DNA of 64,000 bases. Origin: Stegostoma tigrinum. Lineage: Eukaryota. A model generated the notes under the pieces. The model saw only the letters and a program-made list of their open reading frames with translations. It did not search any database and was not told the DNA's origin. The stretch covers positions 11,820,867 to 11,884,866 of the forward strand of contig NC_081387.1 of the NCBI RefSeq assembly GCF_030684315.1, given 5' to 3'. Position 1 is the first letter of the stretch. The number at the start of each line of letters is the position of its first letter. Positions 38,108 to 49,330 of this stretch are shown in pieces. The translations under genes were made by a program, and so were the position numbers.

Positions 38108-39157
38108 CAGATAATGGGAACTGGAGATGCTGGAGAATCCAAGATAATAAAATGTGAGGCTGGATGAACACAGCAGGCCCAGCAGCATCTCAGGAGCACC
38201 AGAGCTGACGTTTGGGGCCTAGACCCTTCATCAGAGAGGGGGATGGGGTGAGGGTTCTGGAATAAATAGGGAGAGAGGGGGAGGCGGACCGAAGATGGAG
38301 AGAAAAGAAGATAGGTGGAGAGGTGAGTATAGGTGGGGAGGTAGGGAGGGGATAGGTCAGTCCAGGGAAGACGGACAGGTCAAGGAGGTGGGATGAGGTT
38401 AGTGGGTAGGAAATGGAGGTGCGGCTTGGGGTGGGAGGAAGGGATGGGTGAGAGGAAGAACAGGTTAGGGAGGCAGAGACAGGTTGGACTGGTTTTGGGA
38501 TGCAGTGGGTGGAGGGGAAGAGCTGGGCTGGTTGTGCGGTGCAGTGGGGGGAGGGGATGAACTGGGCTGGTTTTGGGATGCGGTGGGGGAAGGGGAGATT
38601 TCCACAATGATGCCACCCGAAGGTTGCAGGAACAGCAACTCATATTCCGCTTGGGAACCCAGCAGCCCAATGGTATCAATGGGGACTTCACCAGCTTCAA
38701 AATCTCTCCTTCCCCCACCGCATCCCAAAGCCAGCCCAGTTCGTCCCCTCCCCCCACTGCACCACACAACCAGCCCAGCTCTTCCCCTCCACCCACTGCA
38801 TCCCAAAACCAGTCCAACCTGTCTCTGCCTCCCTAACCTGTTCTTCCTCTCACCCATGCCTTCCTCCCACCCCAAGCCGCACCTCCATCTCCTACCTACT
38901 AACCTCATCCCACCTCCTTGACCTGTCCGTCTTCCCTGAACTGACCTATCCCCTCCCTAACTCCCCATCTATACTCTCCTCTCCACCTATCTTCTTTTCT
39001 CTCCATCTTCGGTCCGCCTCCCCCTCTCTCCCTATTTATTCCAGAACCCTCACCCCATCCCCCTCTCTGATGAAGGATCTAGGCCCGAAACGTCAGCTTT
39101 TGTGCTCCTGAGATGCTGCTGGGCCTGCTGTGTTCATCCAGCCTCACATTTTATTAC
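38108..39157. mobile_element. Palindromic Penelope-like insertion: two ~460-bp inverted arms around a GIY-YIG C-terminal remnant, 10-bp TSD
   Basis: Arms ~38144-38600 and ~38700-39156 are near-perfect reverse complements; spacer encodes HNDATRRLQEQQLIFRLGTQQPNGINGDFTSF; CAATCAACCA at 38098-38107 and 39158-39167. Confidence 0.9.
39067..39094 (+). ncRNA. Minimal type-I hammerhead ribozyme-like core (Penelope-associated)
   Basis: CTGATGA-aGGATCTAGGCCC-GAAA-CG-TC: CUGAUGA and GAAA boxes, short stem II with one mismatch, palindromic ACGT helix III, GUC cleavage triplet. Confidence 0.6.
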
Positions 39158-39236
39158 CAATCAACCAGTCTTTACTTTGCCTTTCTGGGTTGAACTCCAT
39201 TGACTCTTTCTTACACATTATATTTTGTTCTTGCAG

Positions 39237-39265
39237 ATTGCCAAATTCCTCCGCCCAAACTATGG
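39237..39265 (+). CDS. Gene 1 cytoplasmic mini-exon: IAKFLRPNY(G)
   Basis: ttttgttcttgcag| ... TGG|GTAAGC; phase 0 to phase 2, fitting both neighbours. Confidence 0.65.
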
Positions 39266-39624
39266 GTAAGCAGTAATCGAAAGTGCATAGTTTGTTGACA
39301 AATCATACAAAAATGTGATCTTTAGTTGCCATCATTTCACAGGCGTATCTGTGTCCATTGGTAAATATGTTATTTAATCCATGCTGTTCCTGATCGAACT
39401 GCCTTTCAAAATTGTAACCCGTAGGAACCCAAACAGTTGCATTTTTCACCAAATTTCAGATGAGATTTTCCACACATGTAAATTAGTGTGCAAATTGACT
39501 GGCTTTCATAAATCAACAGACTGAACGATTACAGAACATGACTGAAATGACATGAAAATAAAGAACTCAGCACACTTAGTTGAAAGATTATGAGAATGAG
39601 ACAAAATTAGAGTAGAACCACTCC

Positions 39625-39920
39625 AGTGCGGAAGCAAACCATTCAGCCCTTCAAAGCTACACTGACCCATGAAAGAACATCCACCCAGATCTCTAATTCT
39701 ACATTTCCCCATGGCTAACCTACACATCTCTGGACTGGCCAATTTAGCATGGAAAATACATCTAACCTGCACATCTTTCAGCTGCGGGAAGTAAGCGGGT
39801 CACCCGAAGAAAACACACACAGTTGTAAGAGACTGCACAGACTTCACACAGACAATTGCCAGACAGTAGGATTGAACCCAGATCCCTGGTACTGTCAGGT
39901 GCCAGTGCTAACCGCTGAAC
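39625..39920 (-). mobile_element. HE1-like SINE, immediately followed by a Deu-type SINE (~39950-40290, -)
   Basis: aacctgcacatcttt...ttgaacccagatccctggtactgtcaggtgccagtgctaaccgctga. Confidence 0.7.
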
Positions 39921-41284
39921 CAATCCTTAACTGGGCACTTTTTCCTCTTCTTTATTCATTCACAGGATGAGGGAATCACTGGCTAAGCCAACATTTATTG
40001 CCCATCCCTAATTGCCCAGAGGGCAGTGAAGAGTCAACCACATTGCTGTGGGTCTGGAGTCACACGTAGGCCAGGATGGCACTTTCTTTCCTAAAGAACA
40101 TTAGTGAACCAGATGGGTTTTTAACAACAATTGACAATGGATTCATGGTCATCCTTAGATTCTTAATTCTAGATATTTTATTGGATTCAATTTCCAGCAT
40201 CTGCCGTAGCAGGATTTGAACCAGAGCCCCCAGAACATTTCCTGGGTCTCTGGATGAACAGTCCAGTGATAATACCACTAGGCCATTGCCTCTCCTTCTA
40301 ATCTTAGTTGCATTTATGGCCATTACTCTCTCAAAATTGCTTACATTTGGCAACATTCCTTGCTTAACCTCAATTGAAAAGGCTGGTAACTTGTGCAAAT
40401 GTTATATAACCGAAGCATGCAGAGTATGTTCAATTTAGGCTAACTGAACATTTTGTTTAATTAGAGAGCTTCATCATTTGGTGTACAATACGCAACATTA
40501 GTGTTAGACAAGACATGCGGATCATCTTCTCTGAACATGATTGCAGAAGGCGATGATTTAGAGTGAGTCAAAAATTTCTCTCATTGAAACGACTCATATG
40601 TCATATTTGCCTTATTCACTTGAAACTGTAATGACTGGAGGGCTGCTTAAAAAAAAACTTTTATTCAGCACATCTACAGTGCTCCAACAATCACAGTTGG
40701 GGAGTTAACATTGTCACTCAATACATCATTGAAAAAACATTGTTCTAGATGCACACTTCCTTTCCAAAACCACTCTTGATGTAACTAGCCTCAGCCCATT
40801 AGTCAATATGATATACTGGAATCAGTTTATTTCTTGTTGACTACTGTCAATGAGTTCAATTCTTCCCAAATTCTGGCACACACATCAATTAGCCCACTGC
40901 TGAGCAATGCCTGGAAGGTGCTGGATGGATCTCTTGGATCCTGCCTCAGATCTGGTGATTTGACGAGTCGAGTTACATCTGGACTGCAACACCTTACATT
41001 CACCTTTAAATTAAGGCAAAGTTAGACTACCTTCTTAATATATTTTGAGGGGGTTTGGTCTCATCCATAACCAGAAGTAAAAATGAAGCTCTATTGAAAT
41101 AAAATGGGGCACAGTGGGTGGTTGGGGAGGCTGAAGATATTTGTTTTAGAACATATGCCTTGAGTTTCTGAGGCATTTTTGTTTAATTATGACTTTTTTG
41201 ATATTGACTATCTTCTCAGTGCTTTTTAATTCCTTGATGTGTATTTTATTCTCATGTTTGCAATCTCTTCCTCTCCTTTTGCAG

Positions 41285-41319
41285 GCATGATTATGGATAT
41301 GACGAGCTTAATGTAACAG
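41285..41319 (+). CDS. Gene 1 cytoplasmic mini-exon with GYxxL: HDYGYDELNVT
   Basis: Long pyrimidine tract ctcttcctctccttttgcag|, donor CAG|GTGACT; phase 2 to phase 1; YDEL at 41298-41309. Confidence 0.7.
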
Positions 41320-42926
41320 GTGACTAACAAGAAAGTATATATTTTGGGGAAGCTGGATGGTATACTATATCTTGCAACCTTTGTCTTGTGAATTTGAGGC
41401 AAGTAGTGATTAATCCAATAAGGCTTTGCTCCCACTGTTGCCCATTAAGTACCCCTTGGTTATTGGTGCAGGATATTGTTGTGAGTGAAGCAGACAGTTT
41501 CCTAGAACCAGTGGAGTGAAATGCTGACTGATTCGGTATTTCTGATAACTTCCCACAAAACGAGTTTCGATCCCATCTTCCCAGATCAGAAAATGACCTC
41601 TTAGTTGTTACAATTTGACCTTCCTTCCCTGTAGTACTCAGAGGGACATAAAGCAACAGGAGATTGAAGTGAAAGTGATGATTATGGAGAGACTTGTCTA
41701 AAGGCCCCTTTGCATCAACTAAAGCTGGTTACTGTTAGCATATAAATCAATACAGCCTATTTAGCTCCCTTTGAAATAGCTGCCCAGATGTAATGGTTTC
41801 TGTGGTACACATTGCATATTTTCCTGTTTACACTGAATATGGCGCTAAATGGAAGTGATCTATAACCTTGCAGCAGTGCTGATGTAGTTAAGCAACTTAA
41901 TCGACTATTCCATTTGAAGAATGCTCACAGTGAGCAACTTTGGAATTTAAATTGAGAATGTCTTCATCATTGATTTTAAAATTTGATGAAATAAGGATAC
42001 AGTTCTAAAAGATCATTTGAAAATACATGTTTCTTTTCTCACTGTGGAGAAATTTGAGATTCCCCATCAAAAGAATCCTTACAGTGCCATTTCCAAGTGA
42101 ACACTAATACGGGTCTCTTCAAATAAGGTGTATTTTAGGCATTTGTTTTACTCTGACTGATAGTGTAGGACTGAGAAGCTCAGTAATATTCCATTGTCTG
42201 GGGTATTTCAGAAGCACATTCTCTGGAGCAAGGCAGAATCACTAGAGCAGCAGCTCTGGGGTCCTCCACATTATTCCATACATGTACGGTCTCCAAAAGA
42301 TAATGCCAGTTTCAGTGAAATTATGACGATGGTAGTGAAGGCTAGCTGTGCCGATGTCACTTTCACTTCAAAACTTACAGAATTTACGTAATATCTCTTT
42401 GCGGAATTAAATTTGTTTTATAATGTGTTCAAGGTGAACAGGACCACTTTTTCATTAGCCATCGCTAGTAGTTCTGTAAAGCTAACTGTGGTATCAGTTC
42501 TGGTGGCGGAAGTACTTCCATCATTTTGCACAGTTAGTAATGTCAGGATTTTGATACAGTGCCCATAAAAACTCGGATATGTGCCGACAAAGGTAATCAG
42601 TCGCTTGGCATTTATGCCTTGAGGATCTTGCAGTTGCCACAGAGTGAAACAGCACAGAAGGAGGCTATTCAGGACACTGCACCTGTGTTAACACTGTCAA
42701 ACAGCGACCCAATTAATCCCATTTACCCGCAACTCGGCAGGAAAAGCTTTGATCAATTTAACTGCAAATGTTTAGAATAAAATTCCTGCCATGATCTTTA
42801 AAATTGGGTATGATATCAATGCAAGTTTTAGGGACTAAGGGTTGACACAGTTGTTCTGAGACTGTTTCCTTGCGGGAATGAGACATAAAACTATTTACTT
42901 GTACTTCTCTCTCATTTAATTCTCAG

Positions 42927-42967
42927 CAAAACGGTATCCTAAACCTGAAGGCATACCAAAGGACGAG
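42927..42967 (+). CDS. Gene 1 cytoplasmic mini-exon: (A)KRYPKPEGIPKDE
   Basis: ctctctcatttaattctcag| ... GAG|GTAAGA; phase 1 to phase 0. Confidence 0.7.
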
Positions 42968-43560
42968 GTAAGATAACAGTGACAGTACCCTTCGCTTGTG
43001 TGAGCAAGTTGGCATTTAATTCAACAAATATGAGCCAGTTCCAATTAAAGACTGGTGGCTAATTGCCATCTGCAGAAAGTGATAATTAATGGTTGGAAAG
43101 CACATGCAAGATGGCATTCATTTTAGGAGGGTTTTTGTTCTGATGGAGGAAGCTGAAAAGATGGATAAGGTCAACTGGAGTTCCTTATCCATTGTCCATT
43201 ATCCTTGAGCATTTATGCAATCCCTCCAAAGTGTGTTTTGATTATTGCGCTTAACAGAATTATTTATATTTAATATTATCTCATCAAATTGAACATTGGT
43301 CAATGCAGCAAACAAGGAATATTCTGAGCCATTGGAAAATAAAACTGAGGGAAGCAGACAGTCATTAAGATTGTGATTCTCACCTCTTTCACACCAAACA
43401 GCAAATTGTATCAGGCTTATTGTTTGCATTTGCAATTAAAGCAAACTATATGCACCCTGTGCTAACGTGAAATGCTGTAGGATGGGGCACTCGTGTGGTT
43501 TGCTTTAACTGGTGTTCAACTGTACTGCTTAACCATGGTTCCCCTTTATAATTTGTGCAG

Positions 43561-43608
43561 GAAAATGGAGAAAATCCTCAGGAGTGCACTGAAGTAGTGA
43601 ATAAATAG
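43561..43608 (+). CDS. Gene 1 probable terminal coding exon: ENGENPQECTEVVNK*
   Basis: cccctttataatttgtgcag|GAA, phase 0, TAG at 43606-43608; AATAAA at 43600-43605, another near 44583. Confidence 0.6.
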   Translation, partial: ENGENPQECTEVVNK

Positions 43609-46081
43609 GACAATGGAGAAATTGCACCTAATCTTCTGATTTCAGTGCAGAGGCTCGTGAACATATCTGGTGTGACATCAGGCCTTGTTTAATTCTTATT
43701 TGATACACAGGATTAGACATGATATACAACAGAAAAAATCAGTCCAGTACAAGCATTTCAGACCTGTGCTGAGACTCCACTCGAACCTGTCTCCATCTTT
43801 CTTTTTTAAATCTATCATCGGAACCCTTTATGCTCATTTCTCTTATTTGCCTCTCAAGTTTCCTGTTTAGTGCATCAATACTTTGAGCTTTAACCACACC
43901 GCATAGTAAGATGTTCCACATTCTGACCGAGCTGACACGATGAAGCATCTAATAACAATTGGACGTTATTTACCTTATACTGAAGACTCATAATTATGCT
44001 CTTCCCCGCAAAAGGAAACATTCTTTCTTGATCTACTTTGTTAAAACTGTTCATAATTTCAAAGAATTGCACTGAGACTCTCCTTGACTTGTATTGTTGT
44101 TTTCATTTCTTGTTCTTGAGAAACAAAGGAAGAAGTTTTTATTTTCAGTGCCTGTTCTGCTTCCAGGACATTTCAAAGCACTTTACAGCCACTGAAGGCA
44201 TCTGATAGCAAATGTCCTTCTCTGTATTTTAAAATGTATTTGTGTAATCCGATAAGCATTGTAACTCACTGTATGAGTCATAGTGTATCAATGTTTTGAT
44301 GTGTTTTACACATTCTTGACCTGTAATGTTGCGTTGGGATACTATTTGGTTCTCTAAATCAGAATGTTTCTTATTTTCATTGTTTCCTGGTTGGCACTGG
44401 GTTCAGGGTTAACAAACAGAACTGGTGCCTGGCCTCTTTAGCCAAACAATAAGCACCCTGCTTCTCCAGTGGTACAAATTGATGTTTCCTTTGGAAATTG
44501 GAATTCTTGCATCTGTCCTGGGGAATTTCAATGAAGTGTTTTGACACATAGGTTCTGACTAGTGCATTAAATGCTGGACAGAAATAAATAATTGGATGAT
44601 GTCAATTTGACGTTGACAGCCCTGAACCATATTTTGCTATATATGCCCATGTTTTTATCCTGAAACTGACAGGCACAGTTAAACTATCTGTCTTAACCTA
44701 CCAGGCCCACAGAAAACCCACAGGCTATGTGGAAGTTCATTTTGTACATCAGCCAACATCACCCTTCAATGGCTTTCGTGGTCAGTATAATTGGGCTGGT
44801 GCCATGCTCCCGCACGTCTGATCTGAGCTGTGATTAAGAGGATGACAGAACCCATGTTGAAAGCCAGATTTGGAGTGGTCTTTGGCCTCCTCTACATTGG
44901 TGGGAGCAGAGCTCTGAGTAAAGGTCACTTATGCTGCTGCCTGGTTCTCCACATTAATTTCAAGTTTGGAGCTTGGCCAGAAGGCTAATAGGGAAATGGT
45001 GTGCTTACAATTGAAATTTTCATGACTGGAAACACTATTCTGAATGAAGGAGTGAGGTCCAGTGACGTAGTTAAGAAAGCATGTTTCTAAGCATGAGAAA
45101 GAAGGTTCAGTTCTGCATCTGCTATTTCTCTAACATTGAATATCCTCTGTAAACCATGTTGCACCTGATACAAAATGAAAGTGACTCATGTCTATCAATG
45201 ACTGACAACATATTCAAAAATGAATCAGAACTGTTGTAGCCACCCAAGCCTAAAGTTGACGAGATGGCCAAACAAAGGTTGACAGCTACATACAGCAAAG
45301 TTTCAAAGCCAAACTTGTGGTCTCCATTTAGAGACAGTGAATAAGATAAGATTCCCCGTAGAAAGAAACATTACAGAAGTTAATCAGACTTCTGTGAACA
45401 GGCAATTCTAAACAAGAAGCATTTTAATAAGGGGTAATTTTGAAAGTCGTGCTTTAGCCACAGTCCCAAGTTTGTTATTTATTGAAAAGTAGATGGAGTG
45501 TCTGATTCTACAGAATTCTGATTTTTTTTAGGTAACTGTAGAATTAGAAAAGCAACAACACCTGAGTGTGAAAGGTTAATTGCATTCCTTGAGGTAATGT
45601 GTGTAGGCAGTAAAGACACCCATTGTGTTATTAGGGAAGATAAGGTTACAAATGGTAGAAACACAACCTCTAAAAGACTATTGGCACAGGAAGAGGGCAG
45701 TGGAAGGTGGTAAAAAGAGGTCATGACTAGGGAGAGATATAAAATTGTAGCTTAAGTGCAGATGTAGATAATTTGAACAAATTCTAACATCCAAAGATCA
45801 AGGGAAGAGTGACAAAAAAGATTAAAAATACAGAATGAAAATATGGTTATGAACCCTAGTTATCTGTGGAATCTAAACAAGTTTCATTTAAAGACGTGGT
45901 AAGACTGTAAAATGATTAAATTTCACAACTGTCAATGGAATTCGAATGGATGCTTTTTATTGAGAAATGAAAATTAGCAATGGAAAGTGCTTAGGGTAGA
46001 AACAGTAAAGATTTATTTACAAATGAAAATTTTGTTTAAAGTTCACTTAAAGCATGCAAACAGAAGGGCTTGTAAACTGCA

Positions 46082-46811
46082 TTTTTTTATTTGAAATAAT
46101 ATACTTTATTCATAGAATGTACAAAAAATAAAACATATTTATACACCTACCCAGTCATGCAAGCCGCTCCGGGTTACCCAGGGGGTACGTACACCAACTA
46201 AAAGTTTAAAAAAACAAAACAAAGAAAAAGCCTCAGCAGTTGTCTCCCCGCACAGTCCCTGTTGGCCCCCTGACCAGTTGGGAAGGCGCCAGCTGGGCCC
46301 AGTTACCAGATGGGGCCCTTTTTTCTATTCTGGACGAGGGGGTTCATACGGTGGTCTTTCCCCACCGCGCCTTGGAGGCGGCTGCCCCAAGCTTTAGCGC
46401 GTCCCTCAGCACGTAGTCCTGGACCTTGGAGTGTGCCAGTCTGCAACACTCGGTTGGGGTCAATTCTTTCAGCTGGCAGACCAGCAAGTTGCGGACAGAC
46501 CAAACAGCGTCTTTCACCGCATTGATGGTCCTCCAGGCGCAGTTGATGTTGGCCTCGGTGTGCGTCCTGGGCAACAGCCCGTAGAGCACAGAGTCCCGTG
46601 TCACGGAGCTGCTCGGGACGAACCTCGACAAATACCACTGCATCCCCCTCCAGACCTCCTGCGCATAGGCACACTCCAGAAGGAGGTAATCGACAGTCTC
46701 ATCCCCCCCGCAGCCACCTCGAGGGCAGCGTGCGGTGGCACAGAGATTCCGGGCCTGCATAGAGGATCTCACTGGCAGAGCACCTCTCACCACCAGCCAA
46801 GCAATGTGGGA
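46082..46811 (-). mobile_element. 5'-truncated L1/Tx1-clade LINE, apparently young, with 12-bp TSD
   Basis: Open ORF2 C-terminus with zf-RVT-like AWLVVRGALPVRS..CPRGGCGGDETVDYLLLECAYAQEVW; AATAAA and A-tail on the minus strand; TTGTAAACTGCA at 46070-46081 and 46812-46823; GC-rich against AT-rich flanks. Confidence 0.9.
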
Positions 46812-48974
46812 TTGTAAACTGCAGTTGCAAGTCATAAGGACTGTTGTTTGAAATGAGAGAAAGCTGGTTCTCAATTTCTCAGCTGTGTCGTAGAATTGCT
46901 GTCACTTTATATTCAAGTTGATTTTAAAGACTTTATAACAATTAGTAGAAATCAATATCCTTCCTCATCAGTCATATTAAAGTTGTCACAGAATTTGGAA
47001 GAGTTCATCTTGATAAGTGTCCAGTTTATTGACAATTAATGTGATGCAGCTGGTAAATATCTGGGAAACGGCGTAACAGTCAGAAGTATTGTAATATTCT
47101 AAAGACAGATGATGGGGGTATCTGGGAGACATCATGAGATTATGGGAGGACCTAGGTCTGCCCATAGAGTTGTCCATCATTGATCGTGTGTTTTCAGGAT
47201 TGGACGTATAAATTGCGGAGATGTGGCTAACAATGACATCAATATTGCATGTAATTATTATAACAGAGAAGGTGGTGCTCAGCTGGGGAACTCAGAGTGT
47301 CATTGAATTCTCTTCAGGTCTGAGCTGTGTGGGCAACTGGGCCCCACATGAAAGCCATATATAGAGTAGTCTCTGCAATCTCCTTCATGTGGAAGAAGCA
47401 TTCTGAATAAAGACTACTTGTGCAGCTGAACACTGACATCAGGACTCCTTTTGACATTTCTCCCTAAATCCATAACAATCACCCTGTAATTAATATGAAT
47501 ATGAAGATCCAGGTTGGAGATCATGTGAATTTATCCTGCAGCAGCATCTTGAAGTTGTAGGGTATTAAGCACATTCTCCAGCTCTTAGCCTGAACAGTGA
47601 ATCCAGGAAGTGAGTCAAATAATTTGTCCTGTTGAGTGATTTCAAAGCTCTGACTGTCTCTGGAATGTTAGCCAACAGCTGGGAAAAACAAGAAAATCTG
47701 AAGGGAATACCAAACCCATGAGTTTTATATGTATTTCCATGTAGGACCTTTGGAATTAATTTAGTACGAATAAACAGAGGTCAAATTAATAGTTAATAAA
47801 ATACTAAATGGTGAAATTCTGGTGGAAACGAACAAGAAGTAAAAGTATTTGTCCTGGAAAAGCTGGTTTAAGCTGGTTCCTCAGCAATGTCATTCCATTT
47901 CCAGTACTCCGCTATTGTCCCTGATGCTGCCGAGCTAAAGCAGGCCGCGTTACACCAGAGATCATCCACCATCTCTGACCAGGATTCATTGAGTGCCACT
48001 TTATGTGGTGAATCTTCAGCTACCCATCTCAACCACACTTCCAACCACATCTAACAGATATCACTGAGTAGTGAATAGTTACAACGACTGTAGTTGCTTC
48101 TGCCTGCATTATACAAAGAAGCTGTGGGGTTCACGAGTAAGGCACATTCGTGTAGTATCCATGGCGTCATTGTGTGAGTCATTTTTGACTTTGTAACCTG
48201 TGATAAAGCTTTGGCTGTCGTTCAATGCTAAGGGAGACCAAAGAAGGCCAATGTGAATGTTACCAGCAAGTTGAACATGCTTCCGATCATGCTAAAGTCA
48301 GGGTGGAAATCAGGAATAGGAAGCACTTGAAGGACATTATACACATCACTCCCTGTCATGCCATCTCCTCAAAACATGACGCAAATTACATAGAAACTAA
48401 CAACAAATCCTTTTAAAACTTGAACAGGGCAGAATTTAGAAATTTAAGGATAAAGGATGGTCTACATGGCAAAATCTAACTAAAGACCCAAAATGAATTC
48501 TTCTCCGAACAAACAAATCAGGAGCAGATGAGGACCTTTTAGTGCATTAAAACTACTCCACCATTCAATAAAATCATAACTGTTTCGCTTGTGGCCTCAG
48601 CTCAGCGATCCTCTCGACAATCTTTAACTTCCTTGTTAGCTAAGAACTATTCAACGCTGCCTTGAATGTGTTTAATTAGCCCCACCTTTAACTACCTTTG
48701 GGAGAAGACAGTTTCACAGTGCCATGACCCAGTCTGGGAAAAGTTCCAGCTCACTACATCTTCAATGGGAGACTCCTTACTTTTAAACTGTGCCCTCTAG
48801 TTCCAAGGAAAATGTAAACAAAGAACTCCAGATCCTGGAAACTTGAAACAAGATCAGAAATTGTGGGCAAAACTCAGCAGATCTGTCGAGACAAAACAGA
48901 TTTAATGTTTCAAGTCCATTATCGAGTCCCTGCGTTAACTTTGTATTTCTATCTCCATTCCGCACTGAATAAGT

Positions 48975-49330
48975 CATAGAATCATGGAAATGTACAGCAT
49001 GGAAACAAATTCTTCATTCCAACTCTTCAATGCCGATTAAATGTCCTAAATTAATCCAGTCCCATTTGCCAGCATTTGGCCCATATCTCTCTGAACCTTT
49101 CCTATTCACGTACTCATCCAAATGCCTTTTAAATGTCATAATTGTACCAGCCTCCACCCCTTCCTCGGGCAGGTCATTCCATACACGCACCGCCCTCTGA
49201 GTGAAAAAAAATCTCTTAAATCCCTTTTTTCTCTTTCTTCTCTTACCTTCAACCCATGCCTTCCGGTTTTCGACTCTCCTACACTGAGGAAAAGACTTTG
49301 GCTATTCAAACTATTCACCCTATCCATGTG
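48975..49330 (-). mobile_element. CR1 LINE 3' fragment
   Basis: MDRVNS..LFLSVGESKTGRHGLKVR on the minus strand plus the tail motif. Confidence 0.75.

Noticed and set aside
46344-46874. 176-aa Cys-rich ORF as a host gene
   Set aside because: 3' end of an L1/Tx1-type LINE bounded by a TSD.
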